Below are positions 11,238 to 25,494 of a DNA stretch of 64,000 nt, in pieces (positions within the stretch are counted from its first letter, which is position 1; each line of letters opens with the position of its first letter). The notes below the pieces were generated by a model. It saw nothing but the letters and a program-made list of their open reading frames with translations. It was not told the DNA's origin and searched no databases. Both the position numbers and the translations under genes were made by a program. The stretch comes from Ylistrum balloti (lineage: Eukaryota): assembly GCF_031769215.1 (NCBI RefSeq), contig NW_026781888.1, positions 2,046,001 to 2,110,000 of the forward strand, written 5' to 3'.

Positions 11238-14200
11238 GTGATCCCACATCCTTTCAGTCACTTGCATGTTGTTTTACCCACATGCTGCCAGACCCAGAGT
11301 TTGTTTAATTTGTGTCTAATCTACAACACGCCCACAGAGGATGAGATTGCAAATTTAACTGGAAAACGTTAGAAATAAATTGATTTTTGCGAAATAAATC
11401 TTCTGGATTTGACATGATGTGTGAAACGAAGCAGAAGTGTGTAGATATTGTGTGTCTTAAATTTTACATTTTAAAAGAAATGTTGTCCCTTTCTTTGACA
11501 GGACTTAAACATATCTGGTATACATTTCCAGTTTTAAAAGTAATTAGCTTCCACGTATTCTTAAGTAGGAACAGACAATTTCACAAAACAACCCACAACT
11601 CAGCATCTCAGTAAGCATGGGATGATACTCCCCATTCAGACTGTAACATGGCTGACGTAACTTCAGACTTCACTAAAAGCATAGGCATGCAGTGTGAAAG
11701 TGTCTAGTAAAACAAACATATGTATGAATTAGATCATAAATACACAATCTGTGGTAAATGTTAGTTTACTAAAAGTGAAAGCAGGATCAGTTACCGTGAC
11801 AACAACGTCTGCATCTGGTATAAAGCTGTGTGGAGTTCTGTAAGCACTAACGACCAACATCACAGTAAGTAATGTAAACATATACCATCAATATTGGCTC
11901 ACCCTTCTATTTGGCTACTAATGACATGAAATAGATATTAAAAAAAAACTGAATCATGTATCCAATGTTGGCTGTATCATGCACATGTTTGTGACATTGA
12001 ATTCCTGGCACGTCTATGGGTTCATGTAGTTCTTCTGCATGTTCAGGAAATGGTATATCATTTTTCAATATAAGGGACAACGTTTTGGATCGTTTTAATG
12101 GAATACTTAAACAAGTTTGATTTGGAAATCATGGTGAGGCAGCTGTTCTCTCTTTTTAAATTTGTGTCTGTCAGCGGTGCTAAAAGGACTGTTTTGATGA
12201 TATAAACAGAACACATCCCACTTGGTGGACAAAAGCTATTAAACAGAGTTAAGAACATGAAACTCTATGCATGGTCTTGTAAACGTTTGTATAAGTAAAG
12301 CATGGTCTCCTACATGTTTGTAATGTGCAGATATCACATGAACAAAAGGAAATGATGTGTTGAATGAAACATCTAGATCATGAGAAGTACATTAATAAAT
12401 ACTTTTCCAGAAGATGATATTAGAAATGTAAATATTTGATGGTTATAAACAGTTCAGCACTGAATGTGGTGTGTGAGGCTAGTATAAAACACAGCTGGAA
12501 GGGATTTCATTATCACTTAGTGGAAACCCAATATAAACAAATGTTTTACAAACTTATTGAAATTTCTTAATAACTGACTGAAGATGTGAACCATATGTTA
12601 TCATATTTATGCTGATATGTCCCCTGCCTTTCCATCTTAGGTACACTAAGATAGATTAGGGGTGGGAAGAAGTACGTCTGAAATCTTAATAGCCTTGATT
12701 TCAAGACTACATCTGTATGTCTTGTTAAAAGCTTGGCTGGCTAACCCATATCCTCTGATTGTCGAGAGTAAGCTTATTACAGAATAATTAATGAAATATC
12801 ATTAGATTTATGCACAATTGCTATAAACAAGTGGTCTTATTACCAGACATGGGTCTTTATTGTGATATGGTATACAAATTAATACATTAATTCTAGGATT
12901 AAGGTACCATTCACAATCCCTCCACCCCTATAACCCCAACCATTTCCATCCTCCATTTCCCAGTACCCATCTCCCACCCTCTCAACACACACTCCATTCT
13001 CACCCTTACAACAGAAGAATTTTCCAGCCCCTCCCCTTTCCTTCCACCCCACCAACTAACTCCTTTCCTTTAGAAAATCATTTTCATTATTTCTTTCAAT
13101 GTAATATGTACAACCTCTCTTGTGATATACTTTTTAGAAAACTATCTATATATGACATTATCGTTGATCTAGATGTCCTGTTGAACGGCTCTGTTCATCT
13201 GAACCGAGCCGAAAATGATAATATTAGACTGATTGTTCAAGAATTTATTAAAGATACAAATAGATTCGCATAAAGTTATACAAAGTGTATATATGGTATT
13301 CATACTATATATCTTACTAGTAATATTATAAAGCTGCTGATATTGGGATTTTTTCCATCAGTATACAGTAATGTTTATTTTATGTATAAATTAATGATTC
13401 AATGTTTGATGAAATGCTGCCATATATGTATGTAATCTTGTATAATTGTTTACGATGGAAGAGGACGTTCTTAAGTTGTTTAACTTGTGTCCAATTCCAT
13501 TTGAGTTTTGGTTAAATAAAATACGTTTAAACTAAAACTAACTCTACCTCCGACCCTCTGTGCCATTGGCACTAGGAATTCCTTCATGGTGTTTTCCTTT
13601 TTCTTGATTTAGATGTTAATGACTGGTGATTTGTGTTGGGCCACACATCTTTGTGAATTGATTGCTAAATTAATTCTATAGTTGAAGAATGACCTGTTAC
13701 CTTAACCTAAATTATAACAAATTCAATATTTAAACCTAAAATTAGAAAGTATTGTATGAACTAATCATAATTACACCTCTACCTGTCACGACCAATCAAA
13801 GAGCTTGTCACAACTAGCCTGGGGATGGACAATTATTACGCCCATATTTGTTGACAGGTACAAGTAGACTTTGTGGGGTGTCTTGTCATTATATATATAT
13901 AAAAACATGAAATAAAAATTAACAATGAAAAAATTATTGATGTGTGTTGAAAACATAATAGAAACATTTATTGAAGAATAAAAAAATTCCTTTATTTTGT
14001 GTGAGCTGTGTTATGAATATTCATGCATGAAATTGAAATTGACGAGATAGTAGAGTGTTAACAATATAAACTGTGTATAAAAAATGCTGGTCGAGGTTAT
14101 TCTTGAATGGACAATCATCTCAACGATTTTGTCAATGATGATATATCTATAGTTGATTGGACTGTTTCATGGAGATGTGCCTGTAATGAGGTGTTTGAAT

Positions 14201-14599
14201 AATAATTGTTGATAATCACTGCTACATACTTGCAATTATTGACTATTAAAAAGGTCAATACGAGGATTTATCATCCCAGAAACAAAATTCTTCGTTGAGG
14301 CTTAATGATAAGTTGTTTTACTATTGAATTGTAAAACCTTTTACGATAGATAGAAAAATGTCACATAAATTACTCAGCCACAGTCAAAGGATGAACTTAT
14401 GACAAGGCATTGAATACATATTTATTGAAAATGCAATTGAACAGCAGTATGTATGGGTGGGCATATTACCAGGCATGGACTTATTACTGGATAACTATGG
14501 TAACGCACAGCATTAAAAATATCTCTGCTAAATGTTCATCTAAAATTCTTCTTCTTTAAACTCTCTAAACAGATGAAGTTGATGATCAGGTGAAGAGAG

Positions 14600-14660
14600 G
14601 AATGAGGAATGGAGGGAGTTGGAGGGGTTGGGGATTGGGGGTTGGGGGTTGGGGGGTGCT
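14600..14660 (+). other. G-rich tract with G-quadruplex potential
   Basis: GGAGGGAGTTGGAGGGGTTGGGGATTGGGGGTTGGGGGTTGGGGGG contains more than four runs of at least 3 G. Confidence 0.6.
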
Positions 14661-15692
14661 TTATGCCCCCCAGATGAATTTTAAGTCTTTTCCATCCTTG
14701 TAGAGGATTGTGACCACACTAGTTTTTGAGCTGAATACATCAAAGATCATCCTAAGGAGATCCATGATGGTCCTGAGATGCTGCCTGGTCCTCTGACACA
14801 CTGGTTAATAGTCATCTAAAATCAACAATAACTTAGCCAACAGGAAAACAATCAGCTTGACCTTAGCCAATCATTAAAGCAATTCATATCATCCTAACCA
14901 ATCAGAAAAGAGGATACTTCAGTCAATCACTGAAGATATCAGTTGTTATTCAGAAACAGGAGAAGGAAAAAAACCAAGGAATTGTAGGTGTAGTTCATGC
15001 TAAGGAGAAATGTTAAGAAAGGGGGATCACAATAATTTTATTCGAATTTTAATGCTGTTTATCTGGCAAATAGCCAATACTTTGTAATACGCCTAAATAC
15101 TGTTCTCCAGTAGACAATCACAAACTCAAAACATTAATTTTTAAATGGAGTTAATTATTAATTAAAAATTGTTAATTTTGTGGATGTTTTTAACCAACAA
15201 AACATATATATCCAAGAATCAGTAAAGTTCCTAGTATTGGCATGAAGGTATTTTTGTGACTTAATCATCAAATTTGTGTCCTCTTGAAATTGTGTATGTG
15301 TGTTGGCTACTGGGGTTTACTGTTGGTTAAAAACGGTAAAAAAGGTTTATATCCTGTAAATATAGAGATACCTCGTACCTGTCAGTAATATAGCACCCTC
15401 TATACACCATTAGGAATGGATAATATGTCAATCAACGTGTGATGGTTATCTCCCTTTGTTGAGATAGATTTCGTGTAAGTAGGCGTGACGAGATAATTAT
15501 AGACCATAGATAGATGTATATTGTTACCATTCCTCCGATCATCGCTTTTAACTCCAGTGTCGGCTTTATCATTAATCACGAAAAATTCAGGCCTCTTTGA
15601 GAGCCGACATTTGAACCGTTAAATCAGAAGTATAATTGTATGTTTCACTTTCTTAATTGTAACAAAATAATGTTTATTGTATTGACATAGTT

Positions 15693-18299
15693 TTGTAAAT
15701 AGGGTATCACTGATTCTGACTACTTTTCCTGCTACTGTTGTAAATAGGGTATCACTGATTCTGGCTACTTTACCCGCCACTGTTGTAAATAGGGTATCAC
15801 TGATTCTGGCTACTTTACCGGCCACTGTTGTAAATAGGGTATCACTGATTCTGGCTACTTTACCCGCCACTGTTGTAAATAGGGTATCACTGATTCTGAT
15901 TCTGGCTACTTTACCGGCCACTGTTGTAAATAGGGTATCACTGATCCTGACTACTTTACCGGCCACTGTTGTTAATAGGGCATCACTGATTCTGGCTACT
16001 TTACCCTCCACTGTTGTAAATAGGGTATCCCTGATTCTGACTACTTTACCGACTACTGTTGTAAATAGGGTATCACTGATTCTGACTACTTTTCCTGCTA
16101 CTGTTGTAAATAGGGTATCACTGATTCTGGCTACTTTACCCGCCACTGTTGTAAATAGGGTATCACTGATTCTGGCTACTTTACCGGCCACTGTTGTAAA
16201 TAGGGTATCACTGATTCTGGCTACTTTACCCGCCACTGTTGTAAATAGGGTATCACTGATTCTGGCTACTTTACCGGCCACTGTTGTAAATAGGGTATCA
16301 CTGATCCTGACTACTTTACCGGCCACTGTTGTTAATAGGGTATCACTGATTCTGGCTACTTTACCGGCCACTGTTGTAAATAGGGTATCCCTGATTCTGA
16401 CTACTTTACCGACTACTGTTGTAAATAGGGTATCACTGATTCGGACTACTTTTCCTGCTACTGTTGTAAATAGGGTATCACTGATTCTGGCTACTTTACC
16501 GGCCACTGTTGTAAATAGGGTATCACTGATTCTGGCTACTTTTCCTGCTACTGTTGTAAATAGGGTATCACTGATTCTGGCTACTTTACCGGCCACTGTT
16601 GTTAATAGGGTATCACTGATTCTGACTACTTTACCGACTACTGTTGTAAATAGGGTATCACTGATTCGGACTACTTTTCCTGCTACTGTTGTAAATAGGG
16701 TATCACTGATTCTGGCTACTTTACCGGCCACTGTTGTAAATAGGGTATCACTGATTCTGGCTACTTTTCCTGCTACTGTTGTAAATAGGGTATCACTGAT
16801 TCTGGCTACTTTACCGGCCACTGTTGTAAATAGGGTATCACTGATTCTGGCTACTTTACCCACTACTGTTGTAAATAGGGTATCACTGATTCTGGCTACT
16901 TTACCCACTACTGTTGTAAATAGGGTATCACTGATTCTGGCTACTTTACCGGCCACTGTTGTAAATAGGGTATCACTGATTCTGACTACTGTTGTAAATA
17001 GGGTATCACTGATTCTGGCTACTTTACCAGTTACTGTTGTAAATAGGGTATCACTGATTCTGGCTACTTTACCAGTTACTGTTGTAAATAGGGTATCACT
17101 GATTCTGGCTACTTTACCCATTACTGTTGTAAATAGGGTATCACTGATTCTGACTACTTTACCCACTACTGTTGTAAATAGGGTATCACTGATTCTGACT
17201 ACTTTACCGACTACTGTTGTAAATAGGGTATCACTGATTCTGACTACTTTACCCACTACTGTTGTAAATAGGGTATCCCTGATTCTGACTACTTTTCCTG
17301 CCACTGTTGTAAATAGGGTATCACTGATTCTGACTACTTTACCCACTACTGTTGTAAATAGGGTATCACTGATTCTGGCTACTTTACCCACTACTGTTGT
17401 AAATAGGGTATCACTGATTCTGGCTACTTTACCCGCCACTGTTGTAAATAGGGTATCACTGATTCTGACTACTTTACCTTCTACTGTTGTAAATAGGGTA
17501 TCACTGATTCTGGCTACTTTACCTGCTACTGTTGTAAATAGGGTATCACTGATTCTGGCTACTTTACCGGCCACTGTTGTAAATAGGGTATCACTGATTC
17601 TGGCTACTTTACCGGCCACTGTTGTAAATAGGGTATCACTGATTCTGACTACTTTACCGGCCACTGTTGTTAATAGGGTATCACTGATTCTGACTACTTT
17701 ACCGGCCACTGTTGTAAATAGGGTATCACTGATTCTGACTACTTTACCGGCCACTGTTATTAATAGGGTATCACTGATTCTGACTACTTTACCGGCCACT
17801 GTTGTAAATAGGGTATCACTGTTTCTGACTACTTTACCTGCTACTGTTGTAAATAGGGTATCACTGATTCTGACTACTTTACCGGCCACTGTTGTAAATA
17901 GGGTATCACTGATTCTGACTACTTTACCGGCCACTGTTGTAAATAGGGTATCACTGATTCTGACTACTTTACCAGTTACTGTTGTAAATAGGGTATCACT
18001 GATTCTGACTACTTTACCTGCTACTATTGTAAATAGGGTATCACTGATTCTGGCTACTTTACCGGCCACTGTTGTAAATAGGGTATCACTGATTCTGACT
18101 ACTTTACCGGCCACTGTTGTAAATAGGGTATCACTGATTCTGACTACTTTACCAGTTACTGTTGTAAATAGGGTATCACTGATTCTGGCTACTTTACCAG
18201 TGTTACTGTTGTAAATAGGGTATCACTGATTCTGACTACTTTACCTGCTACTGTTGTAAATAGGGTATCACTGATTCTGACTACTTTTCCTGCTACTGT
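15693..18299. repeat. Minisatellite, 45-bp unit, ~58 copies (source of the 831-aa ORF)
   Basis: Unit CTGTTGTAAATAGGGTATCACTGATTCTG(G/A)CTACTTTACCGGCCA. Diagnostic variants repeat at a 360-bp offset (16021 vs 16381). Confidence 0.98.
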
Positions 18300-20554
18300 G
18301 GTTGTTAAATAAACTGGTAATCTACAATGTATGTCATGCTTGAGATCAAAAAAATTTCAGTTGATTTTAACACTTCAGTAAGGGAAACCATACTTTTTTA
18401 AGTATCTTGTATAAATGAAAGGTACACTACTCTTCATTAAATAAAATCTTTCACATTTTTCGAGATGATTAAAGCGTAAAGTCTATATAAATAGCATATA
18501 CTTCAAACCAAAACCTCAATTAACTTGTTTCTGTGTTTAATTTTTTTCTTAAGAGAAATTGAACTGGAAAACTTTCGAGGAGTAAGTATGTATACAAAGT
18601 TACATCTACAAACTTACATAAAAGTCAAGAGCACTTTTTCACCTTCTTTCTGTCAAGAGACTGTGCTTCGATTTTAAACCTGTTTGCACCGATCTTGTGG
18701 CATTTGGCAGTTATCTGTTGCCTGTTAGGTTGAAACAGAGAGCCTTTCAGCCTCGGGCTATTAACAAATAAATTTCATCTGCAGTACATCAAGATGCTGA
18801 CCTAACATTACAAGATATCCAAGCTTCCATAAAACTCGGCTCTCCAGCGCTTTAGTTAAATGTTCTCAGAAGAAATATCTTTCTATACCATGACTCTTTC
18901 TTACTTACAAAATAGAAGCATTGTTGTCATGGTGACTTGACAATTTTTGTTGATATTTTGTGTGAATTAAGGTTGTATGCTACACTTTACACATGTTTGT
19001 GGAGTCAATTCACTTAGATTTTCAATTAGGGTTACCAAGTATTCTATGATTATTTATATATCCTGAAACAGGAAAATTGCTCAGTGTTTTAGATAATACT
19101 CTCAGGAAGTCATGAAATAAACAGCATATTGACATATGGATTCCATAACAACTCACTGCTGATTTTGAATCAGAGGAAAACAGGGATTGTAATTTTTTCA
19201 ATATCTCATAGGAATCAAACACAGAAGCTCTGGTTTACTGGGTCACCATTACACAATTAAATAGATTTTATAAATTCTCCCTATACATATGTAGGTAAAA
19301 TGATTGTTTACCTGTTTGTCATGTTATAGCATTAATTTCTTTTTACTACCACTTAGGTTTGCTGTTAAAAATATATATATTTTTTTTTTGTCATTTATTC
19401 TACCTCCTAAGTACATGTCCACTTGTTTGAATATTTGAAGTAAATACTTCCCCATCCTAAGATTGAGAATCCACTAGCGATGAATTCCTCTTTCATCACC
19501 CACTTGATCTGTGCTCGTCCTTCGAGGAACAGATTTCATTACGGTTAATTATGCTGTATGTTTGAGTTACATTTTGTCGGTACAAACCAATTCAACAGAT
19601 AACTTTCCACTGCTTTGCCCTGACAAACATGAGAGATGTGCCACCTGACCTTTCAGTTTTATCACCTTCATATTTGTTCCTTGTGGCCTCTTTTAATGCA
19701 TTCACTGTAGTATCATAAGTATTTCATGTGTATAATGAATTAAGATCATGACTTGTTCTACTCACTAAACTAAAGGTTTTCATAACGTCGTTTAACCATA
19801 ACATAAGCTCAAAATAATCATATTTTTATGTTATTGAAAAAAGACTTAAAACACTTTTAAGACAATTTAATGTTTGGACAATAATGTTTTTTTTAGTTTT
19901 CAAATTAAAAAGATGAAATTCCATGTAAAAAACATATACCACAGTTCTACTGCAATAAACGGAAGGGGTCAATATGTTGCCTTCATTTTTTGACTCAAAG
20001 TCATAGGTTGGGCTTATTATAAGACAATGGATAATGTTTGTTTCAAATGGGCTTTAACACACATGGGCTTACTGACAAATACCTATTGAGTCAAAATGTG
20101 GTAGAATCTTTCTAGAATTACTTTCTGGTGATTTATACACCAGTCAGATATTTTACATGAAATATTGTCCATCTGTCTGTTATGTTAGTCCCTCAATTCG
20201 TCCGTCCGTCTGTACTCTTATTGTTAGGTTGATTACAATGCATTATTAAAGCAAATGTGTCTTTTTTCAAAAAATATTGGAAATAAAAAAATTAATGAAT
20301 ATCAAGACAATCCAAACAGCAATTAAATGATAAATGTAGTTCATTAATACTGTGAAGATATTAGGTTTTATTTAATTAAATGGTCAGTATTGTGGGTTTG
20401 ACTTTATACTGATGGCTTTCCATGCGAGATGACTTGTGTGGGATAGCGAGCTACCAGTGTCTCTGTCTAATCCTAACTGTATCATCCATCTTGTAATATC
20501 GAAGAAAATTAGGAGACGTGTCATTAATTTACAAACTCTTAAGAATATTAACAG

Positions 20555-20659
20555 TTGTTGATCAACTGTGCTGGCATGCTGAAGCACTCCGAAGTCCTGA
20601 CAGAGAAAGGGTGCTAGCTGCAGCCAACAGCTCGCTGGATTCTGGCTACACTCGGGAAG
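20555..20659 (+). CDS. Candidate internal coding exon (phase 1 to 1): VDQLCWHAEALRSPDRERVLAAANSSLDSGYTRE; product unknown
   Basis: AACAG| acceptor and AAG|GTATAA donor; only one open frame; GC-richer island. No family recognised. Confidence 0.3.
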
Positions 20660-23600
20660 GTATAAAAGAATTGGGCTTTTATCACAAACATGTATCATTA
20701 CAAATTGACACCGCAGGAAACCGTCAAATGTATATTTCCATGGAAATTGACATTTGTTTGCCCCAGGGAGAACAGTTCCCATTTAGTTTAGTCTCTACCC
20801 AGTCAGATGTGTGTTAATCTCCGAGATTGTGACCTAAAGCTCTCGAATGTTTCTCCGCCCTAATCTGCAGAGATGAAAACATATTGACAGCTTAATAGAT
20901 AGAAGATAGCACAGAATCAACAGGTTTTGGACAATCCTGTTTGATTTTACAATTATAGATCGACTTCCATGTCACAGATGAAAAGCAATATATTTTACAA
21001 ACTGTGTTGTTAGTGAGACTATGTAAAGCAGGGGAATGTTTTTTTATTTCATGCGACAGTTTTATTTTTATTTAAATCAGGATAGCAAAGATAAAGATTA
21101 ATGATGATTTGATGAAAAGAATTTTCTATTCGAAAACACAGAACAAATTCGGAGTAGGATTTTATTTTTTTAAGACTAATGTTGTTGTATAATGTGTACA
21201 ACGAGAGAAACTGCTTACTTCACGAATAACAGAGAGACGTCCAAAGGATATTGGAAATAGTTACATCCATCAGAATGATGTAAGACTCCACAGTGTCGCA
21301 CAGGGCAAATCTACAGAGCCAGTTCCAAAGATTCTTCAAAGGGAGATAACTGTTGATATTAGTCACTGGAGCTGGCATTAAATATTTGGTAGAATCTCTG
21401 AAATCTGAATTTTTTTCCTGAATGATGAGTGTTTAAGTTTATTATAAAAGCCACAAAGCATAAATCCACAGAGATGTATGTAAAAATGACTTAAGTGCTT
21501 TCACATACAATTAGTGTAGATGAAGAATCCACATACAACTCTTAGAAATCTAGGAACTGTTGGTTGTATAATCAAAGATAATTGATACACGGTTTGTACA
21601 GAACTAAGATACGATAAAGATACATATTTTATAGGTAATTTAATATTAGCGCTTTTCGAGCTGAAAGTATTGAGCTATAATATGATGTGTAATTGCAGCT
21701 TCTATGCAGCTTGTGAAGTAATTAAATGTGTATGCAGAAATTTATCATTGGGCTAAATTGCCAAAAATTAATTATATGCTTAAATATAATAACACCAAAT
21801 TAAGTACCTACTGTATTTAAACATATCTTTCAAAATTTAATTCACAGTGAAGCTAAATTTAGATTTTCTTGGATTTTTGTATAAGAGAGGGATTTTAGGA
21901 ATGGAATATGTCAGTTCCTAGTATTGGCATGTCCAGGAAATTTGAACATTTTCTCTGCAGCTGAGTGATCTTAATCAATCCTTTCTTATTAATGGCACAA
22001 ATTTCTGACCCTTCAGTCTGTATATTTGTTAGAAGTGTCTCGATGTATGTCTGTGGACTTTGGGGTCGAGAATTTGTGTCAAGTACCGAGCTATGAAATC
22101 AAATTAAGATAGATTCAGTATTCCATTGGTCAGGTTTGTCAATATCTATTGATGTACAAAAGGGACAAAGTCCAGCCACAGACTGGTCAGTAAGACTGGT
22201 CAGTAAGATATGGATACTCTTCAGTCTGGGATTGTCCTCACTTCCTTCTGTCTATGGTCAAATTACCATGACAACCAATCATACTTCCTGTTCCCAGCGG
22301 GAGTTGTTGACATTTGCTCATCCAGACTCCAAAGTGACTGGACATTTGGGAAGCTTTCCCAAGGTCAGCTCAAGGTCAAGTGGTTCAGTAGCCATCTGTG
22401 TTATTATAGAGCTTGTCATCTTACAGCCCTAAAGCTAGTGCCATCTTGGAAAAATAAACACACCATCTGAATCAACAGAAGATAAAAGATATGTCGAAAG
22501 TAAGGATGTGTTTTTGTGTGAAGGAAAATTTGAACACTTTATTTTATAAACAAAAGTATACCTTTTAAAATATGATCAGCAGTATTAGGTAGAATTATAG
22601 AGTAGGAGAGACACTCGTAGGGTCTGTATCTTGGCCACTCATCTACATGGATTTCTAAACATATCTGAGGAGTATTTTGTTTATTTTTCATTTGAAATAA
22701 ATATTTTGATTGATAAAATCTTTCGAAATGAAGCCCTTAAAACTAAAATGTCATTAAACTCAAGTCAAAGATCCTTTAAACAGTGTGGCACATGTGACAT
22801 GGATAGTAAAATCTTTTACAGTGGTAGGCACCCAATTTATACAGACAAAATAGCAGATTAAGTTAGAAATATCAACAGAAATTTTTTATTTTACAGATCT
22901 AGATTGGCCTTTTCTTTATTTTAGGTAGAAAAGTGACATTTATGGAGTGAGAAGCAATATTTAAGAGAATGCTGCAAATTTTTAATTATCCAAATTATCC
23001 TTCACATTCCTGAACATTCATTTTGTAGAGAACTGCAGTACATTCATTCTTTGTATGGCCTAATTGTTTTTGATATTGATTATTTCACAATGGTTGTTTA
23101 GAGTCATCATTTGTTTAGACTAAGTCGTGCATAAGTCCCCTCCGCACCCTACATTATCCACTTCTGACTATTAAAGAGTCTTTCCTGCTAGGATTTCAAA
23201 CACTTGTAGAAGTTATTACCCTAAATTCTGCTTCAGCTGAGTTTTTGTATACAAAGATATGACAATTTAAGTCCTCAGTGATGTAACCAATCTGTATGTA
23301 TTTGGTAAGGTACTTAGCTGTAGGTAATTCATCATATCTCACATCACATATTTGACAGATAATAAACATAATGAATATAATATTAGTCTGTAACATATCT
23401 ATTATGTTTACATTATAAAAATTACTTACATCTATACATGTCAGACATGTTATTGACTAGAACATAAACCTTTGTTTGATCTTCGAATTCCACAGTGTTA
23501 TATAAAACCTCTGAAAAGAATTACAAATTTCTGCAAACACATGATTTAGTGGCCTGTAATATCACTATATTGTTTGATCCGGTAATGCTGTGATGTGATA

Positions 23601-25125
23601 ACACTGCATTAAAGGATAGAGAAGCTATGTCGAGCAGGCTACAGGTAAATGATATAATTGACGTATATAACAGGAATGCTGGTAATTTGGAAATGAGAGC
23701 GGCATCCTTTACTTAATCCGCTTCCCATTGATGCCATGTGTCAAAATTCTTACCATGGAATATCAAAGCTGCATTCAAAGCTTCTGTGTGACAGAGATCC
23801 AAGATGGCTGCCTTTAATAATACAAGTGGTCCTTGGCCTTTCAATAACACACCTACAGAAGCAGATGGACTAGTCCGTACCAAAGGAAAAAATATCCATT
23901 TTCACTGTCACAGGAGAAAGTGTATGGAAAGTTCTAACTTGCTGGGAATGTCAATCAATATGTTTGTCATGAATGGGAAGTTCAAAGTAACATTCAAAGC
24001 TTTTTTGCAACTCTGATCCAAGATATTTGTCTTTAATATTACAAGTGGCTCTTAAAAAAGTAACAGTTTTGCAGGTCAACAATATATTTGTCAGTCCTGG
24101 ACGTGTGTGATGTATTAGGGAAAGTAACGGCCATGCCTGTTGTTGGGTAATTTTCCCTGTTGTCAAACACTTTGATCCTGTGTCTACAGTTATAGATATT
24201 TCTTTGAATTAATATAGAGATCAAGAATATCTTATTAAAGATTTTCTACTAATCTTGTTTTAGCTTCAAAAATATTTAAACAGTAATTTTCTTGCTTGAT
24301 AAGTTAACTTTTCGCTTGATGGTGAATTTTCACAATGGTATTTATTTCAGTCTACCCTGCTGCTGGGATTGGTACCAATATATTTGGGAAGTGTCAAAGT
24401 TTGATTAAAGTCAATGAAATTCTCTCTTGCTCAAAAATCCAGTAGGAGTATCAAATTACATTGATGGGTGATACAGGGCCTTTGTTGAAATCTTAAAATG
24501 AAATGGTACTCAAATGTAAATAAACATAACCAGTATGATCCTATCACAGCACACATGTATGCCCAGCTCAGGAGAGTGTGTACCTATGTGAAGATTTTTA
24601 AATAAGTGGCATAGTTCTACCTCAGTAATAGTGAGTAACTAATTAGAAAGCGACTGTAAAATTTCTGATATTATATGGACTGAATTTATTGTTTACTGCA
24701 ATACAACTTTTATGATTTTATGTAAATAAAACGTAGTGATTGTAAACAGATATCATGATAATACCAGAGGTAGGAATACTGGGAGAGTACTAGTAATAAC
24801 GTGGGGAAATTGATGTAGAGGAGGACTGGAATGTGCCACATGCATAGTTTGGTGGGTATATTTTCTGTGGATCTCTGTCAGGGATATATTTACTTTCTAT
24901 CAAATAAAGCATGACATGAGTTATCTCCCTTGGAATTTTCATTGCCATGATGATCAAAGAGCTGTATTTGTGCCTTGGTTTTTTTACTAAAAAATAATGG
25001 AAAAGCATAGAATTCTCTGTCTACATACCACACAGCTTGTCCTGTGTATAGATGTTCCCCACTGTCTATAGAATAACCTTGGGGATGACCCCTATATCTT
25101 ATTGTATTCATTCTAACCTTTGTAG

Positions 25126-25223
25126 ATGACCCCTGTAGATTCCGTGGAAGCCATGCCACACATACCAAATGGGTGTCGGTGGGTGTTGGAGAGTGTGCTG
25201 AGTTTGTGATGTTGCTTTACACT
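25126..25223 (+). CDS. Candidate coding exon (phase 1 to 0): DPCRFRGSHATHTKWVSVGVGECAEFVMLLYT
   Basis: TTCTAACCTTTGTAG| acceptor and ACT|GTATGT donor; phase-compatible with 20555-20659. A local duplication and minus-strand donor-like sites make it ambiguous. Confidence 0.25.
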
Positions 25224-25494
25224 GTATGTTTATATAACAGTATCTATAATCTGTTTTTTGTGATAAAACATGTTTGATCAAGAAACAATATTTTCTGAGT
25301 ACCACAGGCAATAATTAATGTCATTATGACCTTGAAACTCTATTGAAGGAAACAATGACCTTGTGATATCTCTTTTTAGGTTACTGTAACTTTGAGATAT
25401 ACCCTTTCTAGGATTCAGTAACCTTAAGACGTACTCAACTTAGGTTTCTTTGACCTTGAGAAACCTTTTCTTAGGTTACTATGACCTTGAAACA

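Noticed and set aside
14690-14810. Minus-frame peptide CQRTRQHLRTIMDLLRMIFDVFSSKTSVVTILYK that looks protein-like
   Set aside because: There is no usable donor, no phase-compatible neighbour and no recognisable family.
15619-18114. 831-aa ORF as a bona fide single-exon gene
   Set aside because: It consists entirely of a 45-bp tandem unit, starts at an internal GTG, and has a frameshift just upstream. Kept only as a low-probability finding.
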